From Nitrospinota bacterium (lineage in GTDB: Bacteria; Nitrospinota_A; UBA7883; JACRGQ01), in NCBI GenBank assembly GCA_016212275.1, contig JACRGR010000017.1, forward strand, positions 25,316 to 89,315: DNA of 64,000 nucleotides, given 5' to 3'. The number at the start of each line of letters is the position of its first letter. Position 1 is the first letter of the stretch. The notes beneath the pieces were generated by a model. It was not told where the DNA came from and searched no databases. It saw only the letters and a list, made by a program, of their open reading frames with translations. Shown one piece after another: positions 18,401-29,750 of this stretch. The position numbers were made by a program, and so were the translations under genes.

Positions 18401-19973
18401 GCGGCCGGTCCGAGAGCACCGCCAGAGGCGTATCGCTCCCCATCGAGCCGATCGGCTCTTCCCCGTTCTGGGCCATCGGCCCCACGACCATCTTCAGGTC
18501 CTCGAACGTGTAGCCGAACGCGGATTGCCGCCGGACGAGCGTGGAGAAATCGTGGTGGTTGTCCGAAACGGCTGATGCGATCTGCCCCAGCTCCACTTTT
18601 CCTTCGGCCAGCCACTGCGCGTAGGGCTGGGCGGCGGCGTAGCGCTCCTTGATCTCCTCGTCGGGGATGATGCGCCCCTCTTCAAGGCTCGCCACGAACA
18701 TCCGTCCGGGCTGGAGCCTTCCTTTAAGAACGATATCTTCCGGCTTGAAATCCAACACGCCTGCTTCCGACCCCATCACCAGTATGCCGTCTTTCGTCAG
18801 GCAGTAGCGCGAGGGGCGTAGGCCGTTGCGGTCAAGCGTGGCGCCAATCACCTTGCCGTCGGTGAACGCGATGGAGGCGGGGCCGTCCCACGGCTCCATA
18901 AGCGTGGCGTGGTATTCGTAAAACGCTTTTTTCGCAGTGCTCATTTCCTTGTCCGAAGCCCACGCTTCGGGAATAACCATCATCATCACATGGGGGATGT
19001 CCCTGCCGCTCAGCGCCAACAGTTCCACCACGTTGTCGAGGATCGCGGAATCCGATTGTGTTTCGTCTATGATCGGTTTCAGCTTGTCCAGCTCGTCCTT
19101 GGTGAACATGTCCGATTCGGCGAAGACCGCCTCGCGCGCGCGCATCCAGTTGATGTTTCCCCGCAAGGTATTGATCTCACCGTTGTGCGCGATGAACCGG
19201 AACGGATGCGCCAGCGGCCACGAGGGCATGGTGTTCGTGGAGAACCGGCTATGCACCAGCGCCAGCGCGGAAACAAGGGTTTCGTCTTTGAGGTCGAGAA
19301 AGTAGGTGAACAACTGCGGCGAGGTGAGCATCCCCTTGTACGAAGTGGTGCGGGACGACAGCGACACCGTGTAAAACGTGTTCGACTTGTCCGCGCCCGT
19401 GGCCGTCACCGTTTTCTTCACATAGTTGCGCAAGACGTACAGTTTGCGCTCGAAGGCCTGCTGGTCCGCCGCGTTGGCGCCCCGCTTGATGAACACCTGC
19501 GCGATGTACGGTTCCACCTTCCTTACGGAGAGGCCGAGATTGCCGTTGTCCACCGGCACCTGCCGCCAGCCCAGAAGTTCCTGCCCCAGTTCGGCGGCGC
19601 AGGATTTGTAGATATCCATCACCTTCTTGCGGGATTGTTCTTCTTGCGGCAGGAACACCATGCCCGCGCCGTAGCTTCCTTCCGGCGGAAGGGTGAAGCC
19701 GAGTTTCGTGCATTCCTTTTTGAAGAAGGCATCCGGCATCTGGATGAGCAGTCCCGCGCCGTCGCCGGCGTTCTTTTCCGCGCCCACCGCGCCGCGATGC
19801 TCCAGATGTTCCAGTATCTCGATACCCTTGCGCACCAGATCGTGGGACTTTTCCCCTTTCAGGTTGGCGATGAACCCCACGCCGCAGGCATCATGTTCGA
19901 ACGAAGGGTCGTACAACCCCTCGGATTTCATCTCGTTGTGCTCTTCGTTCATCCTATTTCCATCACTTTTCAA
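15420..19973 (-). CDS. gltB: Glutamate synthase large subunit
   Basis: The protein is 1517 aa with the N-terminal amidotransferase 'CGVGFIANL' plus the FMN and GXGXG domains. Confidence 0.9.
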   Translation of the reverse strand: MKSDGNRMNEEHNEMKSEGLYDPSFEHDACGVGFIANLKGEKSHDLVRKGIEILEHLEHRGAVGAEKNAGDGAGLLIQMPDAFFKKECTKLGFTLPPEGSYGAGMVFLPQEEQSRKKVMDIYKSCAAELGQELLGWRQVPVDNGNLGLSVRKVEPYIAQVFIKRGANAADQQAFERKLYVLRNYVKKTVTATGADKSNTFYTVSLSSRTTSYKGMLTSPQLFTYFLDLKDETLVSALALVHSRFSTNTMPSWPLAHPFRFIAHNGEINTLRGNINWMRAREAVFAESDMFTKDELDKLKPIIDETQSDSAILDNVVELLALSGRDIPHVMMMVIPEAWASDKEMSTAKKAFYEYHATLMEPWDGPASIAFTDGKVIGATLDRNGLRPSRYCLTKDGILVMGSEAGVLDFKPEDIVLKGRLQPGRMFVASLEEGRIIPDEEIKERYAAAQPYAQWLAEGKVELGQIASAVSDNHHDFSTLVRRQSAFGYTFEDLKMVVGPMAQNGEEPIGSMGSDTPLAVLSDRPQNLFNYFYQLFAQVTNPPIDSIREESVMSLVSFIGAQGHILHETKEHCRVIEIPHPILANDELEKLKKLNHGRFTSVTIPILFKPEEGSLQSALEGVCKQALDAVTKGTNVIILSDRGVDARHAPIPSLLAVSAVHHHLIREGRRADCGIILETGEPREVHHFALLLGYGASAVNPYLAFESIADLLTRNILEEAIEEKAAKKNFTKAVDKGLLKTMAKMGISTIQSYIGAQIFEAVGLDDAFVDRYFTKTVSRLGGIGLEAIETETLARHRYAFPGETETARETTIESTGNYYWRARGERHTYNPETIELLQKATRTGDYATFKKFSKAVENGAGPNTLRHLLEFTDSKAIPLEEVEPEENIVKRFFTGAMSFGSISKEAHETIAIAMNRLGAKSNTGEGGEDPDRYKKLPNGDSRRSAIKQVASGRFGVTSNYLVNADELQIKMAQGAKPGEGGQLPGPKVDKTIAKTRHSTPGVGLISPPPHHDIYSIEDLAQLIYDLKNSNDRARINVKLVSEAGVGTIAAGVAKGHAEAVLISGHDGGTGASPLSSIKHAGLPWELGLAETHQVLMRNGLRSRIVVQTDGRLVTGRDAAIAVLLGAEEWGAATSALIVTGCVMMRKCHLNNCPVGVATQDPELRKNFTGKPEHVVNFFMFLARELREYMAQLGFRTVNEMVGHVEKLKAKDNITHFKAKHLKMDRLLHKAAKAGCQPYSCESQDFGMDSALDHQLIPLAKPALEKGEKVRAEITIRNQNRTVGTLLSAEVSRRYGEEGLPADTIHIKLKGTAGQSFMAFGAKGLTMELEGEANDYFCKGLSGGRAVLYPNRASMFKPNENVIVGNVAFYGATSGEAFIQGIGGERFCVRNSGANVVVEAVGDHGCEYMTGGRVVILGPVGKNFAAGMSGGIAYVLDEDGKSRHRINTGMVELDGLADPKETAMVKTMIERHHQFTQSPHAKKVLDSWNAMSPKFIKVMPHDYKRVMAEMERNRETAAV

Positions 19974-20039
19974 AAATGGGCCACATAAATCCGCAAGTGC
20001 GTTACTTTATCAAAGATTGTCCAGTTTGCAAGGCAAAGT

Positions 20040-21155
<1,116 letters not shown>

Positions 21156-22706
21156 CTAGAAGAAACGGGCCATGAAGAACTTGAAGTCTTCCTCATCCGC
21201 CATGATGCCGATACCGCCGAAGAAGGTGCGGTAGTATTTATTCGCCAGTTCGTCCCCGCCCACATACAGGAACAGGTATTTCTGCGGGAAGTACTTCGCG
21301 GTGACTTTCACCTGCGGACTCTTGGCGTTATTGTCATACCCGCTGAAATTGAACACGTCCGCCGTGAGCATCAGCTTGTCTTCCCATCCGTGCAGGTCCA
21401 GCCCCACGCCGCCGCTCGATTCCATAAGGCCGCCCTTGATGGTGACGTTGCCAAACCGCTTGGCGATGTAGAAACTGTACAAAAGCGAGTTAAGCGTGTT
21501 GCGCGGTCCGGTGCCCAGGTTGCGCCGCACATCCTCGCTGACTTCTATCATATAGTACTTGTCCTCGCGCGGCTTGACGCGGATGGAGAAGTACGATTTG
21601 CTCTGTTGCATTTCGGACTGGTATTCAGCGCGCGCGCCGATGCCCACTTTCATTGCGCCGGTCTGCTTGGTGAGGTTCTTTGCCCCTTCCAGCGTTTCGT
21701 TCAGGCCGTTGTAAACTTCCTCCTCCTGGACGAGCTTGCCGATGGTCCCCTCGCCCTTTTCGATCTTGGCGGTTATCTTCTTCACGCTGGCCATGATCTC
21801 GTCCAGCTTTTCGGAGCTTGTCTTCAGGTTCGCCATCGCCACCTTGAAGTTCTCGCGGTTTTCAACCAGCACGCCATTGAAGTTGCCCGACGCCTCCTTG
21901 ATGTTCGACATGCTGTCCTTCAGGTTCGTCCGGTTATCCGACACCATGTCGCGGATACCGCTGGCCGCCTGGTCCAAATGCTCCAGCAGGTCGGGCGCCT
22001 TTTCGGCGAACGATTTCGACATCGAGTTGAGGTTGGATATGGAGCCGCGCAGGTTTTCCCGGTTCTCGGTGAGGATAAGCTGGAGCACCGCGGTGGCCTT
22101 GTCCACGTTCGTGATGATCTGCGTCAGTTTTTCCTTGTTGCCGCCCACCACGTCATTCAGATCCTTGCTGAGGTTGGACAGGTTGCTGATGATGGATTTG
22201 AGCCCCTGTTTCCCCTCCTCGCTCCCGAACGATTCGCTGAGAGAGTTGGTGACCGTTTTAATGTCGTCCAGAGCGGCGGAGAGTTTCGCAACCATGTCGT
22301 CAATATTGGAGGGGGGAATGCTGTTCGCCAGCACCCCGCCATTGGACACATAAGTGGGGGAGAAGCCGGGCCGGATCTCGATGAACTTTTCGCCCAAAAG
22401 CCCCTTCCCCTGCACGGTGGCAACGGAGTCGTCCGGCACGTCGTAGTCGCCGTGCAGGCCCACGGTCACTTTCGCGCGGTAGTTCTCCAGTTCCACCTTT
22501 TTCACTTCGCCGATCTTCACGCCGGCCATCCGCACGTCCGATTTTTCGGTGACGCCGGTGATGGTCTTGAAATAGACGATGAAGGATTTTTTTCCGGTGA
22601 CGCTGAAAAGCTTTTTGCCGCCGATGGAAAAAGTCAGCCAGAATAACACCGCGAATCCGGCGATGATGAACACGCCCAGCTTCGCCTCATTGGTCCAGTT
22701 CTTCAC
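21156..22706 (-). CDS. MCE-domain protein (MlaD-like) with a long coiled-coil C-terminal region
   Basis: An N-terminal TM segment is followed by an MCE domain (…VRMAGVKIGEV…). It is downstream of the mlaE and mlaF homologs. Confidence 0.7.
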   Translation of the reverse strand: MKNWTNEAKLGVFIIAGFAVLFWLTFSIGGKKLFSVTGKKSFIVYFKTITGVTEKSDVRMAGVKIGEVKKVELENYRAKVTVGLHGDYDVPDDSVATVQGKGLLGEKFIEIRPGFSPTYVSNGGVLANSIPPSNIDDMVAKLSAALDDIKTVTNSLSESFGSEEGKQGLKSIISNLSNLSKDLNDVVGGNKEKLTQIITNVDKATAVLQLILTENRENLRGSISNLNSMSKSFAEKAPDLLEHLDQAASGIRDMVSDNRTNLKDSMSNIKEASGNFNGVLVENRENFKVAMANLKTSSEKLDEIMASVKKITAKIEKGEGTIGKLVQEEEVYNGLNETLEGAKNLTKQTGAMKVGIGARAEYQSEMQQSKSYFSIRVKPREDKYYMIEVSEDVRRNLGTGPRNTLNSLLYSFYIAKRFGNVTIKGGLMESSGGVGLDLHGWEDKLMLTADVFNFSGYDNNAKSPQVKVTAKYFPQKYLFLYVGGDELANKYYRTFFGGIGIMADEEDFKFFMARFF

Positions 22707-23483
22707 CTACTGCGCTCCTATATGCCGCCCCTGCACGGCCTCGGTCTGGCGGATTATCCGCCCGATCTCGACGAACTCCCGCACGGCGGGATTCGTTTGG
22801 TTGAACATTACCTCATCCGGCGTGCCTATCGCCACTATTTTTCCCTGATACAGCATCGCGATACGGTCGGCGATCCGGTTGGCGCTCACCATGTCGTGCG
22901 TGATCGTCACCGATGTCACCTTCAGCGCCCGCGTGGTTTTGATGATGAGGTCGTTGATCACGTCCGCCATCACCGGGTCAAGGCCCGTGGTCGGTTCGTC
23001 GAACAGGATGATCTGCGGGTTCATGGCGATGGCCCTGGCCAACCCCACCCGCTTTTTCATGCCGCCCGATAGCTCGGCGGGCATCAACCGCTCCACATCC
23101 TTCATTCCCACCATTTCCAGGCATTCCTTCACCCGTTCATCTATTTTCGATTGCGCCAAGTCGGTGTGCTCCTTAAGGGCAAATCCCACATTTCCGCCCA
23201 CTGTGAGCGAATCGAACAACGCCGCCCCCTGGAACAGCATCCCGAATTTTTTGCGCATCTCGTTCAATTCATCCTCATGCAGGTCGCCCACCACCTGTCC
23301 ATCCACCGTCACGCGCCCCGCGTCCGGGCTGAGCAGGCCGATGATGTGCTTGATGAGCACGCTTTTCCCGGTCCCGGAGCCGCCGATGATGACCATGCTC
23401 TCGCCCCGCTTTATGTGCAGATCCACCCCTTGCAACACATGGTTGTCGCCGAACGCCTTATACAGGTTTTCACAGAAGATCAT
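22707..23483 (-). CDS. mlaF: ABC transporter ATP-binding protein (MlaF-like)
   Basis: It has Walker A 'GGSGTGKS' and the signature 'LSGGMKKRV'. Confidence 0.8.
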   Translation of the reverse strand: MIFCENLYKAFGDNHVLQGVDLHIKRGESMVIIGGSGTGKSVLIKHIIGLLSPDAGRVTVDGQVVGDLHEDELNEMRKKFGMLFQGAALFDSLTVGGNVGFALKEHTDLAQSKIDERVKECLEMVGMKDVERLMPAELSGGMKKRVGLARAIAMNPQIILFDEPTTGLDPVMADVINDLIIKTTRALKVTSVTITHDMVSANRIADRIAMLYQGKIVAIGTPDEVMFNQTNPAVREFVEIGRIIRQTEAVQGRHIGAQ

Positions 23484-24296
23484 TCAGAATTTTGCTCCCC
23501 CGCCGCCGTTGGAGAACAAAAGCGCCGTCAAAATGTAATTTGCCAAAAAGATGAGCATGAACCCCATAACCACCGATTTGGTGGTGGCGGTGCCCACCCC
23601 TTCGGCTCCCCCTTCGGTGTAAAAGCCCTGATAGCAACCGACAACGGAGATGATGAACCCGAATACCATGGATTTTAAAAGGCCGGAGAACATATCGTTG
23701 TACTCCATGAACTCGAATGTTTTTTCCATGTACAGCACCGGGTTGGCGCCCAGAAGCATGACGGCAACCACGAATCCGCCAAGTATCCCCACGAAATCGG
23801 CCATCACCGTGAGGACCGGAAGCATCAGCGTCCCGGCGATCACGCGCGGCACCACCAGGTATTTGATCGGGTTTGCCGCCAGCGTGTAGAGCGCGTCGAT
23901 CTGCTCCGTCACCCGCATGGTGCCCAGTTGCGCCGTCATGGCGCTTCCGGCGCGCCCCGTGACCACCAGTGCGGTGAGCACCGGCCCCAGTTCGCGCGTC
24001 ATGGAAAGCCCCACCACGGTGCCCACCATGCTCTCGGCGCCGAACCGTTTGAACCCGGTATGACTTTGGAGGGCGAGAACCATCCCGGTGAACATGGCGG
24101 TGAAAAACACCACCGGAAAGGAATTGGCCCCCACTTCCACCATCTGATCCACGGCGGCGCCCATCCGCAGGGGCTTGCGGGAAAGCCACTTCATCGTATC
24201 CCCGACGAACTCCCCCATCAGGCCTATGGCTTTGACCATGTCAATGGTATAGCGCCCGACGAACTCCAGAGTGCCGACGGCGATCTTTTTTAACAT
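23484..24296 (-). CDS. mlaE: ABC transporter permease (MlaE-like); start chosen at the internal Met (ORF extends to 24401)
   Basis: The MlaE-family membrane topology and conserved C-terminal region are present. Confidence 0.7.
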   Translation of the reverse strand: MLKKIAVGTLEFVGRYTIDMVKAIGLMGEFVGDTMKWLSRKPLRMGAAVDQMVEVGANSFPVVFFTAMFTGMVLALQSHTGFKRFGAESMVGTVVGLSMTRELGPVLTALVVTGRAGSAMTAQLGTMRVTEQIDALYTLAANPIKYLVVPRVIAGTLMLPVLTVMADFVGILGGFVVAVMLLGANPVLYMEKTFEFMEYNDMFSGLLKSMVFGFIISVVGCYQGFYTEGGAEGVGTATTKSVVMGFMLIFLANYILTALLFSNGGGGAKF

Positions 24297-24473
24297 GACC
24301 GCCGCGTAGCTCGCTGAATTTCCATAGTTATTGACCCGTTTTTCACGCCCATGATAATACCCCGCCACCAGCGCGGGAGTAAAGGGCCGACTGTCAATCA
24401 ATCCTTGACTGTCAAATCTTTTGGATAGGTTCTTCGATGTGCGGTTGGGAGTGGAAAAAAGAAAATTCCCCTA

Positions 24474-26639
24474 TTACCGGCGCAATATCCGCATACCGTT
24501 AAACACCACTATCAGGCTTGCCCCCATATCGGCAAAAACAGCCATCCACAGGGTTGCCTTGCCCGCAAGCGCCAGAATGAAGAAAACCGCCTTGATGCCA
24601 ATGGAAAGGGAAATGTTCTGCCGCAATTTATACGAAACATCGCGGCTCAACCGAATGAAGTGGGGAAGCTTGCGCAGGTCGTCATCCATCAAGGCCACGT
24701 CGGCGGTTTCAATGGCGGTATCGGTGCCGGCCGCGCCCATGGCAAAACCGATGGACGCCCTGGCGAGCGCCGGGGCATCATTAATCCCGTCCCCCACCAT
24801 GCCGACATGTCCATAACGTTGTAACAGATCGTCAATAGCCGCCAGTTTGTCTTCGGGCAACAGGTCGCCACGCGCATCATCGATCCCGATTTTGGCGGCA
24901 ATCGCCCGCGCGGTGGTCTTGTTATCTCCGCTCAGCAAAACCGAGGCGACCCCCAGCCCGTGCAAATCACGGATCGCTTCGCCGCTCGTGTCCCGCAGTG
25001 TGTCGGCAACGCCGATAACACACAGCGACTCCTTTTCATTGCCGAGCACCACGACAGTCTTGCCTTCCTCTTCCAGCCGCCATAAGACCTCCTCCACATG
25101 GGGGCCGCAAATACCGAGATTTTCCATTTGGCGATGATTGCCAATATGGTAAAGGCGGCCATTGATAACCGCTTGCACGCCACGTCCGGGCAGGGACTCG
25201 AATAAGGTCGCCGGCAACAGCGTGGCAGGCCTCCCACCGCCTTGAGCGGACATTTGCCACGACGCAACGATGGCGGCGGCGGCAGGGTGTTCCGAATGTG
25301 TTTCCATGCTGGCGGCAAGGTGAAGAAGTTCCGCCGCGGGATGTCCGGCAAGTGGCACCACATCGGTCACCACGGGCCGCCCGTTGGTGAGCGTGCCGGT
25401 TTTATCCAGCGCGATGACTTTTATCAGGCGTCCGTTTTCCAAATGCACTCCGCCTTTCACCAAAATCCCCTGGCGCGCCGCCGCCGCCAGGCCGCTCACC
25501 ACCGTAACCGGGGTTGATATGACCAGCGCGCACGGGCACGCAATAACCAGCATGACCAGCGCCTTGTAAAACCACGGGGCAAAAGCGGCGCCAAACAGAA
25601 GAGGAGGAACCGCCGCAACCAGCACGGCAAAAACGACCACGGCGGGAGTGTAGTAATGCGCGAACTGGTCAACAAAACATTGCGTCGGCGCCCGCTTGCC
25701 TTGCGCCTCCTGAACGGAGTGGATGATATGGTCAAGGGTCGTGTGGCCCCTATTCGCGGTAACGCGGAACTCAAAAGAGCCCCGCTCGTTTACCGTTCCG
25801 GCAAAAGCCGGATCGCCCGGCTCCTTGACCACCGGAATGCTTTCTCCGGTGATCGGCGCCTGATTGACCGAACTGCCCCCCGCCGTAAGCACGCCGTCCA
25901 GCGGAATACGCCCGCCCGGCTTCACGCGGACGGTTTGGCCTATTTGCACCTCATCCACCGGCACTTCGCGCCATTCGCCATTGACGAGCTTCACCACGGC
26001 GGTCTGCGGAACGATCGCCATCAGGCCCCGAATTGCGTTCTTGGCCCGTTCCAGCGAAAGGGATTCGATCAATTCGGCGAGCGCAAACAGAAAGATCACC
26101 ACCGCCGCTTCAGGCCACTCCCCAATGGCGATCGCTCCGATCATGGCGATGCTCATCAAAAAATTCATGTTGAGGGTAAAGGTCTTCACGGCGATCCAGC
26201 CCTTGCGCAATGTGCCTAGACCGCCGGGGGCAATGGAAAGCAGTGCCAGGGCAATGACCTGTGGCGCGGTCTCTCCCGCCCCCATCCACGCGAGTATTTC
26301 CGAGGCGACGGCGGCGCTACCGGATAGGACCATTAACGCCCAGGTGCGGCGTGAAATCGCCGGCGCTTCCGCATGATCCGCCTTGCCTGTTGTAGCGCCT
26401 TCACAACTGGAACAGTTGCCTGTCTCAATCTTCCGCGGCATAGCGGCTTCCATGCCTATGTCGCGCAAGGCGCGAAAAATCGGCTGGTCATCGGCAAGCG
26501 AATGCGTGACGGTTAGCCGCCGCTCCAGAAGGTTAAACGACAGTTTCCCGATACCTGGCTCCGATTCGAGACGCTTACGAATCAGTTGCTCCTCGGTCGA
26601 GCAGTCCAAATTTCTGATAACGAAAACAGATCGTTTCAT
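24474..26639 (-). CDS. Heavy-metal-translocating P-type ATPase (P1B)
   Basis: It has an HMA-like N-terminus, the TM 'CPC' motif, the phosphorylation site 'DKTGTLT' and 'GDGINDAPAL'. Confidence 0.8.
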   Translation of the reverse strand: MKRSVFVIRNLDCSTEEQLIRKRLESEPGIGKLSFNLLERRLTVTHSLADDQPIFRALRDIGMEAAMPRKIETGNCSSCEGATTGKADHAEAPAISRRTWALMVLSGSAAVASEILAWMGAGETAPQVIALALLSIAPGGLGTLRKGWIAVKTFTLNMNFLMSIAMIGAIAIGEWPEAAVVIFLFALAELIESLSLERAKNAIRGLMAIVPQTAVVKLVNGEWREVPVDEVQIGQTVRVKPGGRIPLDGVLTAGGSSVNQAPITGESIPVVKEPGDPAFAGTVNERGSFEFRVTANRGHTTLDHIIHSVQEAQGKRAPTQCFVDQFAHYYTPAVVVFAVLVAAVPPLLFGAAFAPWFYKALVMLVIACPCALVISTPVTVVSGLAAAARQGILVKGGVHLENGRLIKVIALDKTGTLTNGRPVVTDVVPLAGHPAAELLHLAASMETHSEHPAAAAIVASWQMSAQGGGRPATLLPATLFESLPGRGVQAVINGRLYHIGNHRQMENLGICGPHVEEVLWRLEEEGKTVVVLGNEKESLCVIGVADTLRDTSGEAIRDLHGLGVASVLLSGDNKTTARAIAAKIGIDDARGDLLPEDKLAAIDDLLQRYGHVGMVGDGINDAPALARASIGFAMGAAGTDTAIETADVALMDDDLRKLPHFIRLSRDVSYKLRQNISLSIGIKAVFFILALAGKATLWMAVFADMGASLIVVFNGMRILRR

Positions 26640-26807
26640 AAGCGTTCCGTGCCAATGTTTAAGGGAGGACGCGCCATTCACGGGCGATAATTTCAGTTTA
26701 GTGTAACTATAAATTAATAACAATCTCTTCCCTTTGCCGTAAATCCCGCGCGGATGGCGCCTTAAATCCGGGCCAAAGGATGTTCACACCTGAGGTATCA
26801 TTTACTT

Positions 26808-28616
26808 ATGGAAAAGGAGAAACCTCTGCCGGATATTTCGGGGGTCCCCGTTCAGCCGGGGGTGTACTTGATGAAGGACGAGGCGGGAAACATCCTCTAT
26901 ATCGGGAAGGCGGTGAACCTGCGCAACCGCGTCCGTTCCTACTTCCAGCCCTCCGCAAAGCACACGGACCGCATCGCCGTGATGGTTTCATTGGCGCGCA
27001 AGGTGGATTTCACCGTCACGGGTAACGAAATAGAGGCGCTGATACTGGAAAACAACCTCATCAAAAAGGAAAGTCCGCGCTTCAACGTGATGCTCCGGGA
27101 CGACAAGACCTACCCTTACCTGAAACTGACGGTAAACGAAAAATTCCCGCGCCTGTTCATTGTCCGGAAAGTGCTGAAGGACGGCGCACAGTATTTTGGC
27201 CCCTATGTCTCCGGGAAGTCGGTGCGGGCGGCAAAGGCGCTCATCCACCGGATATTCCCCTTGCGGCTGAGCAAGGATAGCCTTGATGACGCCTCAATTC
27301 GCAGGCCCTGCCTAAATTACCACATGAAACGGTGCCTCGCACCGTGCGCCGGTAACGTGTCGGCGGAAGCGTATCGCGAGATGGTCGAGCGCATCGCCAA
27401 GTTCCTTCGCGGGAAAGATACCGAAGTGCTGGACGACCTGGAAAAACGGATGCGCACGGCGGCGAAAAACGACGAATTCGAACTCGCCGCCATCATCCGC
27501 GACCAGATATTCGCCATAAAAAACCTGCACGAAAAGCAAAGCATGGATACCGCGCGCCATATTGACGAGGACTACATCGCCGTCCTGTGCGAAGGGGGCA
27601 TCGGCATCGTCCGCATCCTCATGGTGCGCGGCGGCAAGCTGACCGGCGACCAGAACTTCACCTTCAAAAAAGCGGACGACCCAGCCGAACTGACCGGTGC
27701 GTTCATCGAACAGTTTTACAATTCGGCGTTCGCGGTTCCCGGCGAGATAGTGGTGAACGTGGATCCCGCCGACCGGGAAGTGATCGAGCGGTGGCTTTCG
27801 GACCTGAAAGGAAAAAAGGTGGAGATCATTCTGCCGGAGCGCGGACGGAAAAAACAGCTGATTGAAATGGCAATGGAAAACGCGCGCTTCACCCTGGCCG
27901 GTTTCGCGCAGGGGGAAGAGTCGCTCAAGGAAGCGCTGGGAGAGATAAAGAGCACGCTCGGCATGGAGCATTGGCCCGCGGTGATGGAGGCGGTGGACAT
28001 CTCAAATATGTCCGGACTCTCATCCGTGGGGTCTCTCGTCACGTTCTTCAACGGCGCGCCGAGTAAAAAGGACTACAAGCGTTTTCGCATCACCGTCACG
28101 GGGCCGGACGATTACGCGAGCATCGCCGAGGTTGTGCGGCGGCGTTTCAAGCGTTTAAAGGACGAGCAAAAACCGTTTCCCGATCTGTTGCTGATCGATG
28201 GCGGCGCGGGACAGGTAAGCGCGGCGGCGGAGGCCGTTCGCCCGTTCGCTCCCCATCAGGTCATCATCGGCATCGCCAAAGGGGATGACCGGAACAACCC
28301 GGAGACGGACAGGATAATCATGGCGGGAAGGAAAGAGCCGCTCCCATTCCCCGCCTCCAGTCCGGGCAAATTCATGTTGCAGAGGTTGCGGGACGAGGCG
28401 CACCGGTTCGCCATTCAATACCACCGGCAAACGCGGGAAAAAGCGGCATTCCGTCACGGCATCGAGGATTTAGCCGGCATCGGCCCCAAACGGAAAAAAC
28501 TGCTTATCCAGACGTTCGGAAGCCTGAAAGCGGCGAAAGAAGCCACGGTGGAGGAACTGCGCGCCGCGCTTTCCATCAGCGAAAAGCTGGCGCAAAAGCT
28601 CCACGAAAAACTGTAA
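26808..28616 (+). CDS. uvrC: Excinuclease ABC subunit C
   Basis: It has the GIY-YIG N-terminus (GVYLMKD…ILYIGKA), a UvrBC domain and a C-terminal HhH. Confidence 0.85.
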   Translation: MEKEKPLPDISGVPVQPGVYLMKDEAGNILYIGKAVNLRNRVRSYFQPSAKHTDRIAVMVSLARKVDFTVTGNEIEALILENNLIKKESPRFNVMLRDDKTYPYLKLTVNEKFPRLFIVRKVLKDGAQYFGPYVSGKSVRAAKALIHRIFPLRLSKDSLDDASIRRPCLNYHMKRCLAPCAGNVSAEAYREMVERIAKFLRGKDTEVLDDLEKRMRTAAKNDEFELAAIIRDQIFAIKNLHEKQSMDTARHIDEDYIAVLCEGGIGIVRILMVRGGKLTGDQNFTFKKADDPAELTGAFIEQFYNSAFAVPGEIVVNVDPADREVIERWLSDLKGKKVEIILPERGRKKQLIEMAMENARFTLAGFAQGEESLKEALGEIKSTLGMEHWPAVMEAVDISNMSGLSSVGSLVTFFNGAPSKKDYKRFRITVTGPDDYASIAEVVRRRFKRLKDEQKPFPDLLLIDGGAGQVSAAAEAVRPFAPHQVIIGIAKGDDRNNPETDRIIMAGRKEPLPFPASSPGKFMLQRLRDEAHRFAIQYHRQTREKAAFRHGIEDLAGIGPKRKKLLIQTFGSLKAAKEATVEELRAALSISEKLAQKLHEKL

Positions 28617-28694
28617 TTTCACTTCCCGCGCTTCCGCATCGGTTTCGGCATTGGATGCGCCGGGGATGGATATCCCCGGCACCGACCCATCGGA

Positions 28695-29738
28695 TTATTT
28701 CGGAAATTCCTTCGGCGCGGTGATATGCCGCCATCCCTCGCCGCTCAATGCTTCCATAAACGCCACGAGGTCTTTCTTCTCCTGCGCGGTCAGCCCCAGC
28801 TTTTCGACGCGCTTGGAGAGATTCGCGTTCGCCGCGCCCCCCTTGTCGTAAAACTCCACCACGTCCATCAGGGTTTTATCGCTCCCGTCGTGCATGTACG
28901 GGGCGGTGGCTGAAATATCGCGCAGGGTCGGGGTTTTGAATGCCCCCTTGTCCTCTTCTTTCTTTGTCACCACATACCGCCCAAGGTCGGGGTTCGTGGC
29001 GGACATCCCCACGCCGATATTGTGGTATTCCTCATCCGTGAAATTCGCCCCGCCGTGGCACCGGATGCAATTCCCCTTCCCCTCGAAAATATCAAGCCCC
29101 CGTTTTTCGCCGGCCGAGAGCGCCTTCTTGTCTCCCACCTGATAGCGGTCGTATTTGGAATTGCCGGAGACCACCGTCCGCTCGAAGGCGGCGATGGCGC
29201 GGGCCATGTCGTCTATGTTCACGTCCTTGCCGAACACTTTTTTGAACCACTCGGCATACCCCTTGATGGCGGCGATCTTTTTCACCGCAACATCGTGGTT
29301 CGGGATGCCCATCTCGATGGGGTTGGTTATCGGCCCCTTCGCCTGCGCTTCCAGCGTGGCGGCCCGGCCATCCCAGAACTGCACGTCGCTAAACGCCCGG
29401 TTGATGACCGTCGGGGCGCTTCTGCCTCCCTTTTGCCCTTTGATCCCGCTGGACACCGGCAGGTTATCGGTAAACCCGTTTGCCGGGGCGTGGCAGGTGG
29501 CGCAGGCCACCGTGTCGTCGGCGGAGAGCCGCTTGTCGAAATACAGGGCGCGGCCAAGCTCCACTTTCTCGCGCGACATCGGGTTATCGGCGGGTATCAT
29601 CACGTCCTTCGCGGAAAGGCCCAGCGGCAGTTTCAGCGAAAAATCGCCGGATTTCAGTGTTTCGCTCCCCGCGGCGAATGCCGCGGATGCGGTGAAACAG
29701 AACACCGCCAGGAACATAAGGCGCTTTCGGATATTCAT
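28695..29738 (-). CDS. Di-haem cytochrome c peroxidase
   Basis: It has a signal peptide and two CxxCH motifs (CATCH, CIRCH). Confidence 0.8.
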   Translation of the reverse strand: MNIRKRLMFLAVFCFTASAAFAAGSETLKSGDFSLKLPLGLSAKDVMIPADNPMSREKVELGRALYFDKRLSADDTVACATCHAPANGFTDNLPVSSGIKGQKGGRSAPTVINRAFSDVQFWDGRAATLEAQAKGPITNPIEMGIPNHDVAVKKIAAIKGYAEWFKKVFGKDVNIDDMARAIAAFERTVVSGNSKYDRYQVGDKKALSAGEKRGLDIFEGKGNCIRCHGGANFTDEEYHNIGVGMSATNPDLGRYVVTKKEEDKGAFKTPTLRDISATAPYMHDGSDKTLMDVVEFYDKGGAANANLSKRVEKLGLTAQEKKDLVAFMEALSGEGWRHITAPKEFPK

Positions 29739-29750
29739 TGCGGCTACCTC